From positions 8,680,001 to 8,744,000 of the forward strand of contig CM022674.1 of NCBI GenBank assembly GCA_012295275.1: a DNA stretch of 64,000 nucleotides, in the 5' to 3' direction. The notes under the pieces are model-generated. The model was not told the origin of the DNA and did not search any database. It saw nothing but the letters and a program-made list of their open reading frames with translations. Both the position numbers and the translations under genes were made by a program. Source of the stretch: Chrysomallon squamiferum (lineage: Eukaryota > Animalia > Mollusca). Positions 26,601 to 42,896 of this stretch are shown here, one piece after another; position 1 is the stretch's first letter; each line of letters starts with the position of its first letter.

Positions 26601-29600
26601 TGTAGACTCTGATTCTCATCAGCCACCTTGCTCTCTCTGTGTTTGAGCAGTGACACCTGGTGATTCAGTTTAGATACAGTCTCATCTAGTAGTGTCCTAA
26701 AAGTTATAAAAATAAGAAAATTTATATCACAAATAAAATATTATAATTTCTGTATTATTAATTTTAATGATACAGTGATAATAACAAAAACAACAACAAC
26801 AATAATAATCAAAGAATATATCAAGTAATAATAATAATAAAAGAAATTATAAGTAATAATAACATTAATAATAGGTGGTGTAGTAGTAGTAGTAATAGCA
26901 GCAGCAGCAGAGTAGTAGTACTAGTAATAATAATAATAATAACAAAAATAATTATTAATAATGGAATATATAAATAAAACCCTTTATAACTCTCTATGCT
27001 TACAATAATAACTTTATATCCTTTCAGTCTCTGACTTACAGTGTTAAATAATAATACTATTCCAGTGATCTAACTAAAAACCTACCTCTGTAACCTCTCA
27101 CCCTCCAGTTTATTTCTCAGTTGAACTATTTCATCTTTCTTCTCCTGCAGCTCCTGGTTGTACTTTTCCTTGTTGCTCATGTTCTCCTCTGATTTTTGCA
27201 TTTTTGAGGTCACTTCCTGCAGTTCCCGCTGAAGTTTTTCAGCCTAAAAATAGAAATGTTCTCTACTTGTTCTGCATTCAGTACATCAAGGAACAAAAAC
27301 AAAGAACACCAAACAAAACAACAAAGAACAAAACAAAAACAAAATAAACAACAACAGCAAAGAAACAGTAAAAGGAACTTTTTATAAAACCTTTTCCAAA
27401 AACATGAGAAAAACAAAAGAGTAACAAAAACCAACAGAAACAAAGGAACAAACCTACAAAAAAATACAACAAAACACCAATAAATAATCAGCATCTAGAA
27501 CTACAAACCTTTAAATTACAACAACTAATGAATCAATAATCAAATCAGAATAACTTAAGAAACAAATATCCTAACTTTTTGTCTTTCCCTGTAAAATTTG
27601 AATTTCTTCTTATTATTATTATAACCTTTTTATATTATGAGGTAATATAAATTATATATGTTACAGAAACTATAAATAGCTGTATTATGTATATAAATAA
27701 TAATAATTCATTAAAATTTCTACTAATAATAAAATATGATAAACATTCATCTATATTCCAAATTAGTTTTAATTTTAAAATAATAATAATAATAATAACT
27801 GAAAAGATAATATACCAAATTAAATAAAACATATCAATCTTTTCTGATTATTAGGAAAAGATAATTTTTCCATTAATAAATCACTGATTAATAAATGATT
27901 ATTATTATCCCCTAAGACTTTTTTTTGTATTTGGGTCATAATTTAACAGTAATTTTTGAATTATTATTCATATATTTTATATCATTACACCCCTGTCAAG
28001 GAATGTGTGTGTGTGTGTGTGTGTGTGTTTTAATGTTTACATATTCTATTTTCACACAAAGAAAGATAACATAAAGATATTTATATTGTAAAGATAGTTC
28101 TAGCAAACAGACCCATTATACCACATTTTGAAATTAGATAAATAATAAGCTCTATTGTACATGCACTACAGGCGCATATATAGCTATAGGAGATTCTGGA
28201 ATTTGTCTAACAATGTAGAAACATCCTGCTGGAATATTCATTCTTAATCCTGTTATAATGTTTATTAAAAGGGGAAAAGGAATAATAATAATCATATATA
28301 TTTCAATGTAAACCATTATTTAAATGCATTTGAAATTGTTGTTGCTTATTTATACATTCTTTTAAAATTTAGACAAATTTATAAATATATATTATAATAA
28401 TAATAATAATCATAATACATAATAATAGTCATAATGAGATACATCAGTTACAAGCATGCAAAATAACTACAATAAATTTCTGTTTAAAAAATTTGTAAAA
28501 ACATGCAAAATAACTGTGTGAATAAACAAATTTTAATTTTGAACAGTGAATTTTTAAAAACTAAACTTGTAACATAACTAGAATAATATTTAATATATCC
28601 ACCAAAAATTTCAGTGCTTAAAAATATTTAATGTGAACTAACAGTTTAATTTTTTTTAAATATTTCAGGAGATAAAACAATATAATTGAATTTTTTAATA
28701 GTTTCTAAGACCGAATTTTAACAATATTTGAATTAGAAATTAGTACTTTTATCTTTAATATTTAGACAATAAGAAATGTTTGTTAATATATATATATATC
28801 GTGGCATCAAACTAAGAGGGTTTATCAATAATTTTTAACAATATTTGAATATTTTCAGTTTTAAACAATATTTAGACTAAAAGCAGATTTCTAAATGAGA
28901 TTTTTGTGCAGATTAATGTCAGGGAATTCAACATGGCCAATGTTAGAGCGGAGAGGAGTAACAAGAAAATACTCACTTTAACAATTAGTGGTTGAAAGGT
29001 TAGGCCAGACACCTTGATAAATCAACATACCAAAATTATTTATGAGTTTATGGATTGGTTTTATAAATATGCTTGTAGAAGCTGCAGATATAGTGTTTTT
29101 ATTCATTTAAGATTATTATGCATTTAACACATGTCATTTTTAAAGATATACTTTGTTAAATAAATGTTTAAAAGATAAGTAATTTTAGAATTTAAAAGAA
29201 TAGATTACCAGTAAAAATTTCTTTCATAATATTTTTCTTCAACTTTTTAAAAAACAATTATTGATAGTAAAGTATAAATATCATAAGCAATAGGACAGAG
29301 GTTATTTTCCCATTCTAGCCAAAAAGAGGAAAACAATTTTCTTAACATACTGGAAAAGGTAATAAAGCTTTAATTGTTATAAATAAAATATTAAATGAAA
29401 TTAAATGTTACACTGGGCATGATATGTAAAGTTATCCTGCATTCTGAAAGAAAAGCATTTTGCTCCACACTATATCCATGTTTGTCATAAATAAAATATT
29501 GTCAAATATTCTGAAATAAAACACTTATATAAGTTTTTATTTTTAATAAAACTCACCGTTTGCTCTGCTGATTCAGCTCGATTCCACAGTAACTTGATTG

Positions 29601-30052
29601 CTGATTCCTGACTGGCTGAGGTTTGAGAAAATACATGTTCTGCTTGTCTTGAGTTGACACTTCTCTAAAAAATACAATTCAAAATTTTACTATTTATGCT
29701 TAAAAATAATATTTAATTTATCATAATGCAAAAAAACCCCATTAATAACATTAAATCATACAAATAATTAAATATAAAATGTTCCAATTATTAATAAGAA
29801 AATATATTTACAAATTATATTTATACAAACATAAAATTATAAATTCAGACATGAATATAAACAAGCCCTTCATTGAGAAATAATGTGTCAGTGAACCATA
29901 TAGCACTAATATGTCTTAATAACTTAACTGGTGGTCAACATCCAGCTGTTGGACACAGCCCAAAGAAAGGTTTGTCTGTAGTCAGGTGGATGTAAATACT
30001 ATTATTTGTGTTTTGTGTCTTGGTGTGTGTGTGTGTGCGTGCGTGCGTGCAT

Positions 30053-30093
<41 letters not shown>

Positions 30094-30215
30094 TGTCTGA
30101 GAGAGAGAAAAGCTGGGTGAGTTGGGTATGCCTGATACAAATATGTGTGTTCTTGTGTGGAGGGTGTTATTGGGTGAGTGCATGTGGGGAGAAGGTATTA
30201 CTGGGTGAGGTGAGT

Positions 30216-30253
<38 letters not shown>

Positions 30254-33200
30254 CTGTTTCAAACTTTTAAATTAACAATTTAATTTTCATGATTATGAAG
30301 CAAATCAAAAATCATAACTTTAATTTCTGTCTTAATTTGGAAAACATCAATATAAGCCATATTAGTATCTGCTATTTGAAAATTTGGTTACATAAGAAAT
30401 AATAACTAAACCATTTATCAGCTAATATATTACTGAAACTGCATTACAAAAATGTTACAAAGATGTTAAACACTAAAACACATTTTATTTTATATTATTA
30501 AGAGCTGTTAAAGTGGTTGTAAAATTAAGTATTTGCAATACAAAATAAATGTGCCAGATATTATTTTCAATCGTGCTATTGACAAAAACATAAAAGGAAG
30601 GTTTAATAAAAGAATGACTGGTATTTTTTCCTAAATTAATGAAAAATATCATTCTTGAAAGTTCTGAAATTGTTTTGTTTTATAGATAATGAAATGCACC
30701 ATTATTACAAAACATCCATAAAGAAAGTTTAAACAAGCAAAAATCTAAAGTAATTTTGTTATATATCCCTCTGCATCTTAGTACTGTATTTTGAAGATTT
30801 TCATTTTCATTGTTATTACTATTATAATATAATAATAATATATATAACTAAACTCTTGGTATAAAAATATATAATCTTTTGATGAAATAAATTAAGCTAA
30901 AGATTCAAAAATAAAGTAAGATGGTGGTTTATTAAAAAAAAAGTATAGATCTATATATATATAAAATCATGACAAAATTATTCTGGTATTAAAATTTAAA
31001 TTAATATTATATCACTTCACAAATTCCTAAGTATTCACTTACCTGATTAGCATACAAAATCTAAAAGCATTTCTGGTATTTTAAAACATATTGTTCAACA
31101 CTTACACAAAATTTATTTTTCCAAACAGTCATTGATAATAAATCAAATAAAGAAATAAATAATAATAAAACAATACAAACAACAATAATAACAGCAACAG
31201 TGACAACCATAATAAAAAGAACAACAACTTTAAAATGAATAAAATTAATTCTTTGAAGAATTTCACCCAACATCTTTAAATGACAACTCAGAATGAATGA
31301 GACTATTAAAAAGCCATGCAAAAAGTATTTTAATTTTATGTATTATTCTTAACAGCATAAATATTAAATTTTGAAAAGCTTTGATTATGTGTAAATATGA
31401 TAAATTACTTACTCTATCAAGTTGATCTTCTAAACTTCTTTTTGTGTTTTCCAGATTTGCATTCTTCTCCATTAGTGTGCGAATCTGAGTCCACAACTGT
31501 AAATATTTCACATTAAGTAACACAGACATTTCATACAGTAATATACATTGAACAATACATATTTCATAGTTTTAATAATACACACATTTCATGCTGAATA
31601 ATATATACATTTCATTCTTTGAGGAGCACATACATTTCATATTTTAAGAACACATTAATTAACAAAATGCATTCTCAGCATTCACACTTACTGTACAAAT
31701 TACTGAATTTGGCAGATGGTGAAGGTGGGAGAGAAATAATTTTAAACAGAAAGAAAGCCGACAGTATTACACTTGCTATATAAAGCTAGAAGTGAATTTT
31801 AAAAAGAAGTTAAAAAAAACTAACTCTTGTCATTTCCTGATCTAGTGAAGTGTTTCTGTTCTGGTAATCCACTCTCAGTTTTGTCTCTGTCTGAAGTTGT
31901 GACTCAAGTCTCTCCACAGTCAGCTTCAGTCTTTGAACTTCTCCTTTCTTTTCTAACAACTCCTGAAATACAATAATTTAGAGTCTGGTATTTCCAGTAA
32001 CATCTGATACAGATATGATAACCCAGAAACAACCTTTGCCCTCATTTACATATACACATTTATTTATACACAATTTCCTACAGATATATAAACATATACA
32101 AAAACACATATCAAAACCTAATATATATCATGAAAACTCTAATTCAGACTGTCAAAAAAAGAATAAGAAGAAAAAATTCAAGAAATCACTCACCTGTTCA
32201 GTGTCATTCATCCTGCTTCTGCAGTCTCTGGCCTCAGAGTTAGCCAAGTTAAGTTTGTCTTTGAGTGAATTCACCTCCTGTCTGTGAAGTGTCTTCACTT
32301 CCTTCAACTCCATTTCCAACCTGGTTATTGCGCTGTCATGCTTTGCCTTTTAAAAAATAAAATAAATAAATAAATGCTAATATAAAATAGTGAACTCATC
32401 AAAACTGATAATATACTTTTGGGGGAGGGGTGACAAATGATTCTTAAAATAATTTATTTGATGATTAATACAGCCTTAGTATAAAGATATCAAACAGTAA
32501 ACCTGCTACTCCAGTCCACTGACTACTGTAAGCATGGTTAGAAAAAACCTGACACTGTTATAAAAAACTGACAATCTTATAGAAAACAAACTACTAGATA
32601 GATAACATACCATCTTATAGAAAACTGTCAATCTTACAGAAAACTAGTGATGTTAGTGAAAACTGACAATGTTACAGAAAACTGACAATCTTATAGAAAA
32701 CAAACTACTAGCTTATTATAGATAACTCACCATCTTATAGAAAACTCAATAGAAAAAAAATCACTTTCTAAAAAAAATTGGAAATAATTTCATGAAATAT
32801 ATACTATGAAATAAGCCAAAAATGAAGATTAAATAATAAGAAAATTTACCTGTTGTCCTACTTCATTAGCTTCCAACTTGAACACCTGAGTCTGTAACGA
32901 ATGTATCTCTTCTCTGAGCTGTTGAATTTGTCTGTTTGATGCTTCAATGTCACTCTCCAGCTGAGCAGTGTAACTTTTACTCATATTCTGTTTGTCTGTA
33001 TAAAATATTTGTTATTTACATGTAAACAAACCATAGCCTTTAATATTAATGTGTAGACATCTTTACTATTACCAGTAATCTTATTACTATCTTAAATAAA
33101 TTTAACTGTGAATTCATTATTATCTTTAATAATTACCTGTAGATTATAATTCTTTAACATTTATTTAGATTTCTAAATGCTGTTATTTTCAAATATTTAT

Positions 33201-33531
33201 TACCTTGAGTTCTCTTCTTTTCTGTTTTCAGCTGTAGTTTCAGATTGCTGTTCTCTGCCATTGTCTCTGATAACTGCAGTTAGAAACAAGTCTAATGAAC
33301 ATAAAATCTAGGACTATATAAACCATCCTAAATTGTTGAGAAACATTTAAAAAATGAAATAATACAAGCTAATATTTTTATTTAACAGAAGTAAAGTTAT
33401 AAGTCCTTTGCCGATACTGATGATTTCAAATAGAAAATTTCTCTTTCAGTATTAGGTAATTTGTGTAGACACACATCAATAAAGCATTACATCATCAATT
33501 TATTCATCAAATTGTAAAAACACATATTATG

Positions 33532-33562
<31 letters not shown>

Positions 33563-36500
33563 TTTAGTATGACAACCTTTTTAGCCATCTCTCTGTTGTC
33601 TAACTCCAGTTGACGAGAAAAATCTTCCAATGTTTTAATTCTGTCTAGATGTTCCTGTCTCTCATCCCCATCATACTGCAATGATGTTTTTGTCAGTTCC
33701 AACTGCAGCTCCAGAGATTCATGTGCATCATTCATTATCTCAGCATTTCTGTGTAAATCTTCTAACTCTGCCTTAGCCACATCTAATGAACTCTGAGCCT
33801 CATTCAATTCATTTTTAACATGTTTCAAGTCACACTGAGCTTTTTTCAAATCATCTTCAGACTTTTCTAGTTTCTTCTCAGACTCTTCACGCATACTGTG
33901 AGTCTCCTGCACTTTCTGACTGGAAGACAGAAGTTCCTGCTCCAATTCTTGAACTCGAGCATTGCTGGCCTGCAGTGCTTTTAGAGCTTCGTGAAGTTTA
34001 GCTTCCAGCTGCACTGAGTCTGGAATGGTTAATGTTTGTTGTTTGGAAGACACAGTCACTTGTTCAGCACCCACTTCACTTTGAAGTTTCACTGGTTTAG
34101 TCTCTGTATCATCCTGCAATGAAATTAAACAATACATGTCTTTTCATCTCTAATTATATAAATAAATGAATGCATGCTATCCTTATAATAATAACTGGTG
34201 TAATAAAAAACATATTTAAATGTTAGTTAGATTATAAATCAATATTTGAAACAAAACTCTTGTCTATTTTTCTTTTCTTCTTTAATTAAGAAGTAGAATA
34301 ACTTCTATAATGATTGATTTAATATGTTCTCAACACAGTTTTAATTTCTATACTAGTAAAAGAGTTTATATAAAGATTAATACAGATGTATTGCTTTATT
34401 TTACCCTTAACAATTAATAATTTTATTTTTGCATATTTAAATGACCATGGCCTACTACAGTATCATATTTTTTCTCACTAGTATTTTTTTTTCTTTCAGT
34501 AAGTATGACAGATTTACAAAAAAGATGATTTTGTAAATATATAAATCAATAACTTTGAAGCATACAAAAATACATATACATATACACACACATTAAAAAA
34601 GCTCATGCAGTATCTGAATTAAAGCACAAAACCAGAAACTAATTGTAAACGTTTTAGCTGACAAATTATAACAGGATTCTTGCAGATTAGTTCAGGCAGA
34701 AAAAAAAAAGTTATCTTAACTGGAAACTAAAAATGTTTACTAATTCTAAACATTTGAAAACTATGATACTGGGATCTAAAAACAACATGTAAATGATTAC
34801 TACATTCTTTACAGCAGATTATAAAAATCACCTGGGTTTTGTTACTGTCTGTAGAAACAGTGGAAGTATTTTTATTTTTAGCCATTTCTGTTATCTCAAA
34901 GACAACCTGTTCATTCTTCTTCATAGCCTTAAACAGCAAATTGGTTTAAAAATAATAGATATATTTATAAAGTAGTTGTAGTTCAGTTTTAGTTACAGTA
35001 TGGTATGGTGTATGTTTGTGTGTGAGAAAGAAAGAAACAAACACAAACAAATTATGACATGTGAAGTCAAAAATATTTTTTTAAAAATTATATGAAATGT
35101 TAGAAAAGTCAAATAAAAATATTGCCATTAATGATTATCATTACTGCTGACACAGTTAAAACAGATGTCAGGTTATTATGCAGATTAGTAAGAAAACAAT
35201 TACAACAGTTCAAAAAATTATTAACACTAGATATGAATTAATATATGTTAACTGAAGAATAATTATGAGACTCACTTCTTCATATTTATCTTGTGCTGTC
35301 TGTAGTTCATCTTGTGCAGCAAACAGATCATCTTGTAAAGCCATAACTCGGCTTTCTAATGATTTCACCTACAATGAATAATTATCATAACTAATAAATA
35401 TTCTAGTAAATTGTAACAGTGATATTGACAGAAGTGGTGGTAATAGTTTTAACAGAAACAGTGAAATAGAAGTAGTAGTAGAATAGCAGTAGTAGACATA
35501 TCAGCAGAAGTAACATAGTTGTTGTAACAGTACTTATGGTTAATGGTTAATATTATAAATCATTATCTAACATGTTTTTAATATTAATCTTCTACATTGC
35601 AATTCTATGTAACATTTATCTATCATGAGTATTTTATTCCAACTAAAATGTATTTATATAAATCTATTAAAAGTGTTTATCTTCACCTTGGATGCCATGC
35701 TTTGCTGGAGGTTTTCCTGGTCAACTTTCTGATCCTCCACAATCTGCTCCAAGTCCTGCAAGGCATCTTGCAGACTTGCTTTCTGCCTCCTCTCATCCTC
35801 CAGCTGTTGTTTCAGACTCTCAGCTTCTGATCTCACTTGATTCAACTCAGATATCTTCTTCTCCAGCTCCAGTCTCTGTTTTCTCTCGTCCTCAAACCCG
35901 TCTGCTGCAACTGAACGTTCTGCTAGAGCAAGTTTCACTTCCTGAACCTTCATTTCCAGTTCTGATTTGACTTTTCTCTCTTCTTCAAGCTGTTTCTTCA
36001 CCACTGATAATTCTTCTACATCCTTTTCCAGTTGTCTGTTCTTTTCCTGAAGAACATTCTTCTCATTTCGTTCTTTTTCTAAAGTAGTTTTTACTTTCTG
36101 TAATTCCACCAAACTCAATTCAAGTTTTGCTTTAAGATCTTCTAGTTCTGTTTTATATCTAAAAAGGTAAACAGTGAGTATCTATTATTAACTGTAAATT
36201 ATAATTAGTTCATACATTAAAAATTACTCTGAATGAAGGTTTTCTTTTTTATACATATTTTTATTATTTATTTTTTCAAAACTTATGATTGCTATATAAA
36301 GTGGTCAATCATAATTTCAAAGCTTCCACTTATTGATTTACAAATATTAGTTTCTGTTCTGTTTATTCTCAAACATGAAATATAAATACTTATCTTACTT
36401 TTTGATGAAATACTATTAAATAGGGTTTGATGGCACTATATAATAATAAAAGATGAAACCAATGCCATTAACAATGTGTATTAGTTTTAAATAAGCAACA

Positions 36501-39500
36501 AAGGAACTTTTATTTGCATCTTCCAGAGATAGAAAAGCATGAACCATACCACAGTTATATTTCACAGTCATGATGGGAAATAGTCCAGAGGGTTAGATAC
36601 ATCTTTTAGCTCAGCCTTACCAGTAAATATTTAAAAAAAACTAAAAAGTAACAACACAAAACAAACCTTTTGTCTAAATCTTCTCTGCTACCATCTAAAG
36701 CTTTCTGTAAATAAAAAGGAAAGAAATTCAGTTCATAATTATACTACCCATCCTATGGATTTAAGGTTATTCAAAAAGTGATGAAAATAAATTATAATAA
36801 ATGAGATAAATCATAAAAACAGAAGAGCTATGTGGTAGTAATGAGATATTTCAAATAACAAGATTATATTAAGAGAAGAAACCTGTATTTACCTTTGTCT
36901 CAATAAGAGTTCCTTCTCTGACTTTCACCTCATTAAGTTCTGTCTGCAGTTCCTTCACTTGACTGGTTAATTTTTGATTCTGCTCTCTCATATGATTCAA
37001 AATAATCTAAAAATCAAAATCAAGTATTAAACTTATTTCCAAAGCTACAGAGTACGAACATGTAGTGATAATAATACTGACAATAGTTTTAGTAGTAATT
37101 CTACTACTGTCAGTACTGTCTATTAATTGGTAGTATTAAACAATATTGTTGTTGAGTGGTAATACTGGTAACAGTAGTAGCAGTTATAGAAGTAGTCGTA
37201 GTAATAATAGCAGGTGATAGTAATAGTTACAGTGTAGTTTATACTTTTAGTTAAAGCATTAACACTGTTTTGTATGGAAATTATCAGCTTTGATATTAAT
37301 TATACATAAATTTCCGAAAAAGTTTATTTTAATTAAAGTAAATACAGTCAGTAAAGTAATGTGTCAAATTTAAGAAACTATTATGAAACAGAATTACCTC
37401 TTGCTTAGCAAATTCTTGATTGTCTTTCTTTGCACTTTCCAGATTCTCCTCCAATTTCTGCATTTTGTTTAACAAATCTTTCTTTTCTTTACTAAGCATG
37501 TCTATATCACTTTCAAGAGAAACTTTCTCTGCTCTTAGAGAATTTAATTCTCCTTGCATAGTCTGTAGCAGTTCTGATTGTTCCTTCTGTGTCTCCATGA
37601 GAAGATCTCTCTCATTTGACAATTTTTTATGCTCATCTTTCACAGCATCAATGTCCATCATCAAAGAATCAATCTGATTGGTCAGTTGTTCTTCCTTTTG
37701 ATTATGTTCACAGTTTTGATTGGCTAATTCTTTATTTCTTGATTTAGCCAACTCCAGAGCTTGTCTCAGCTCTTCTAACTGGTTATTGAGCTGAGATTTT
37801 TCATTATTAAGAATGTCAACAATGTCTTGTAATGTGGAAGACTTCTGCGAGTCTGCTCGCAAGGTTTTTAGTTCCGCCTGCACTGACTCTAACTTTTTAG
37901 AAAATTCCTCATTTTCCTTTGTCATTTTCTCCACAGACAACTAAAATATAAAAAGCGTTTCTCTGATTCTTATTTTTTTATTTTTTTAAATATGATTATA
38001 TAGATGAGAAGATGGACAGGTGAACAGATAGAAGGGATTAGTGGATGGCATATGAATGGATGACTGGATGGATGAATGTACGGATATGGGTATAGATCAA
38101 CAGATTTTTAATGAACAGAGACATTAAAGATTTATTTTTATTAATGAAAAGATTGTATTATTTTTAGGATATTAATCAGAAATTAAAATTTTCAGTAAAA
38201 TTTAAAGTAAGTGCTAAAATGAAAACCTCAGCTTCATCCAATTGCTGTTCCATGTCCTCCACATCTTTACGTAGATTTTTATTCTTCATCTGCAGCTGCT
38301 GTTGAATCATCTGACCTTTCTCAAGTTCATTTGCCATTTTTGTAATCTGTATCAAAATTTATAAGTATTATAAAACTAAATTAAAATGATAATTTCCAAT
38401 AATTTTCACATTAAAGAAAACTGAAACATTAAAATGTGCAATAACTTTTGCAATTTTCAATTTTACATATAAATTCTTTTTCTTTTAACAGTAATATTTA
38501 CTTTTATATAAAAGCATAAAAAAAAAAATTTATAATAACATGAAGCATGCAATTAATATAAAGAAATGCATTTAACAATTAAAAAGTATTTTTAGTTATT
38601 TTAATTTTTATTAATAAAAACTGGTAAAAAAAAATTTTAAATTCTATAAACCTGTTCTTCTTTAGAGGTGAGTTCATTCTCCAAGGTTCGAACTCGAGAT
38701 GACAGTGTGACAAGTTCACTTTCTATCTTTGTTTTTTCTTCTATTACTTTTCTCAAAGCTACATCTGTTGTTGTTCTTCCCAAACCTGGACTTGGAGATC
38801 TGGCAACTTCTGATCTCACAACCTCTAATCTTGGACCTGAACATAAAATTTAAATAAACAATAAATAAAACTTCTCACGATTAGAGAAAAATGACATGAT
38901 ATTAATCTAAATCAAAAAATAATAATAAATAATAAATAAAACAGCTCAAAGACCGCTTCTCTGTGAGTTTACAGAGCTACTTTCTTTTAGGTCAAATGTT
39001 GCTATTTCTTCTTTTCTGTCAGTACATAAATAATTCCCATTCATTGTGTATAAACTAATACTAAAAAATAGCTCAAAGTCTCAAATGGACTGATGACTTG
39101 AATGTGTTAAACAAACAACATATCTCAGTTAGCAATTGTTTTTACTTGTTTAGGTTTTGCCAAATTGTAAAACCACATATACAAAAAATACCTATGTTAT
39201 TAATGTTATATTTTTATTATCTATTTATTTTTTGTTTTATGTTTTATTAATTATATTAAAACAAAGAAAAGCTATATATTCTGTTAAGACATACTTTCTT
39301 TTTCTTTTTCCCTGAGTTCCTTTTCTAGAGATGTCAGTGATGTCTGCAACTTTTTCTTTTCTTCTTTTTCAGAACTAAGGTTATCATCGAGTTTGTCTAT
39401 CTGACTGTTTAAATCTTTCACCTATAAACAAAAAACATCTACACTAAATAAACAGAAGGTCTGAAAGTGTATACAGACACAGACAGTAAACACTTAATTA

Positions 39501-42500
39501 TTAACATGTATTTTAAATCAATTTTAAATCCACATTTTCTTTTCTGTAATTTTATGTTTCATTTATGCTAACAAAACGTTTGCCAATAATAAAGTTTAAC
39601 AAATTCTCATGATACATGCAGGATGCTGTTTTCACTTTATTAGTTATATTATTTCATGTATATAAAAACAGAAAAATCTATATCAGACTGACTATTAAGT
39701 AATTTTTTCACCTTCATTCTCTATACAAAAAAAGTATAAAATGAATCACAAGGCATCTCACTATGCACTCTATTTTATTATCCTTGTAAATAAATAACCA
39801 CATAAAACTACAGGTCTTAAAACTTAGTCACAACTTTATTATTGTAAAAATTATTCATATACACTGTACATCCAGAATTTGCAAACCGTATTTTTTAGGG
39901 CAATCAGTTCTTCCTCCAGTTTTGCATTTTCATCAATCAAAGCATTTATTTCTTCCTCATGTTCTTGTTTCAGTGATTCCTGCTGTGCTGCTGCACTTTC
40001 TCTCTGCTGGGCAAGTTCCTCCTCAAAGTCTGCTCTTTCCCGTTCCAGAATCTGTTTGAGGTCTTCTGCATTCTGACCTTCATTTTGTGTCTGCTCCATC
40101 TCCAGCTCGTCAAGGAGACGGGCTCGTTCAACCAACAAAAATGCTATCTGTTCACTGCTTGATGCCTCGGCTATTTCCTCCAAACCCTGCTGTGTCAGCA
40201 TTTCTGCTGTCTCTTTTATCAGTGCAGCATCTGTTAATTATTATTACCATCATTATCATTATTACTTCATTATTATTGTTACCATTATCATCAACATAAT
40301 TATTATTATATTTATTTTCATCATCAATACCATCATCGTCGTCGTCATCATCACCATCATTATTACTGTTATTACTGTTATATTAGAAATTTATTATTAT
40401 TTTTGGCAACACATTTTCTCAGATATCCTGCATAATAAAAAAAATGATAATCTTTTCCTATTTTCTATCAACGAACTGGAAAAGTCTCTACTCAGTGATA
40501 CTAATGAATATCTCAGATACTAAGAACAATTTGACTAAAGTCAGCATTCTTGACATTTAACAGAAATGATGAATCCAAACATTTCTGAATGGAAAAAGAT
40601 CTACTTAAACAGTAAAGGACTATGGTTTAGTTAAGCAAACAGGAAAGTAAGTATGTATTTTTATAATTATGTTTCTAATATATATCTTCATTTCAGTTAA
40701 ATTAATTAAGAAAGAAAGAATTAAATTGTAGACAGAGAAACCACACATCATTAAATGTCAGTTAATGATAAAATTATAGGAATGTTGTTATGCTGAATTT
40801 AATGTTGTGATTAAGAATAAATATAATAAACCTCATATTTTTATAATGACTTCATTCCATTATAACCAGTTTTCTTTCTTTCTTTTATATCCTGGATCAA
40901 TTCTATTAAAATTACAATAATAATAATAAATCAAAAACATTAACAGAAACAAAACACTTAATTCTGTTTTATGAAACTACTGACTATTTTCCTATATCAG
41001 GTTAAATTATAAAACAGTATTTACCAATTCCAGATTCTTTCAGTTTATCAACATCTGCTCTGAGTTGTTCATTTTCAGACTCCAGCTCCTGAATGAGAGT
41101 TTCTCTCTCATCAGACAGATTTCTGATGTGCTCCACATAGTTCTCAACCTCCTGCATTTCCTCCGTTTGTGCTGCTTTGAGCTTTTCCTCGTTCTCAATA
41201 GCTTTCTGAAGTTCTGTCTAGAAACAGTAATTTAATAAGATATTATTCCTAGTTGCGTTTAATGACACAAAGTCAACTTACATAAGCAAATCTTATAAAA
41301 ATATCACTACAGATAGGAATCTGCAAAAAACACTAGAAAGAATGTAGAAGAAAATGTTTAATTAATTTATGTTATATATATGTGCTAAACTACAGACCTG
41401 ATTTAGTGAGTATTTTATTATTCAAAAAAAAAAAAATAAATAAATTCATTAGGAAGAATACAATTTGTTAATATGAGTTGAATAAAAGTAATTATTTACC
41501 TCAGTTTTCTGATATAATTTCCAGACATGGAGTAATTTTTCTCCATCATTAGCCTGAGGGTCAAGGCCATCCTCCTTTAGTCTCTGGTTGATAATACTGT
41601 TAATGTCAGTGGAACTGTCCTGTAAACAAAATAAATAAAAATTTAAAAAAAATGTAATTTTATTAATTTATTTATTTATTTTAATATTTTGTGGTTTCTA
41701 TTTTTTATTGTTATATGTATAACAAGAAATATCATTTAAAATTTAGAATATAAAATACAGAAAAAAATAAAATAAAGGATATCTGGATGTTTAGCATACA
41801 TGCTAGAATAAACAATTTATATATATATATATATATATTTTATATTAATTATCCTAAATTTATAAAAAAGAAAATCATGCTAAAATAAAAAAATAAATAT
41901 GTAACTATACCAAAGCAAAACTAAATAAATATAATGAAAACAACAACAGGCATATGCACTGAATTTATAATACAGATGCAAATTAAAAGAGGAATTTTCT
42001 CAACTAGAACTTTTTCACTCTCCACATTCAGCATGTTTCATGTATTAAAATGAAGCTGTCAACAACATTCTTTGTTTTTATAACATTTATCATGTTTAAT
42101 GCACTGAAAAAAACAGTCTTAAAAGCAGATGTTTGAAATACAGTAATGAATGAAAACAAAATAACCAGGCAGTTTTTTCATTAATTTTTTTTTACCTTCA
42201 TTTAATAATGTAAATGTTTATTATATGTCAAGCATGTAAGTGATATTAACAACCAATAATCAAATGTAATTATATGTAATTTATATGTATGTACAATTAA
42301 TTAGTTTTGTGTATGTGAATGTATAGTTTTATCTCTGAATATAATTAAGCTTATGTATAAAAATAAAAATAAATTACTATAGGCTAAATCATTAAAACCT
42401 ATTTATATAACAAACCAGTTGGGATATAATTCACATGGCCTTATATTTTTCCTAACATATTTTGTAATCTAAGATTATGTCTTATATACGGATAATTACT

Positions 42501-42841
42501 TCTGTAGAACATGCAATATCATGGCATGAAAATATGAAAATTTCTTTAATAACCTAAAATTACATTATTTGAAAAAAGTAAATAAAAAAATATATATAAA
42601 TACAAAACTTAGCTTTGAATTAACCGATCACTGAATGTATTCAATTTATAATTTAAAATTTCACAGTAACTGTATATTGTGCCTTCAAACTTTCATAACT
42701 ACATTTTTAGGTAGAGTTGAAACATTTCTACTCAATACTGAAATAAGTGTTTTGTGATTTGTTTTTTCTTGTAATATATTATGCTGGTAAGTAAATTAGT
42801 AATTTGTAATACAGTCCTGTTGTAAGTGTATCTGTGTTATG

Positions 42842-42896
<55 letters not shown>

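Noticed and set aside
38954-39015. Exon-like segment KEEIATFDLKESSSVNSQRS in CCDC30 intron 5
   Set aside because: Needs phase-2 entry but exon 5 ends in phase 1; exons 5 and 6 already join in frame; donor is weak
35692-40299. Plus-strand ORFs (35692, 37420, 38668, 39879, 40087), and similar ones at 26149, 51628, 61030 and 61537
   Set aside because: Antisense shadows of real coding exons, with no independent splice or homology support
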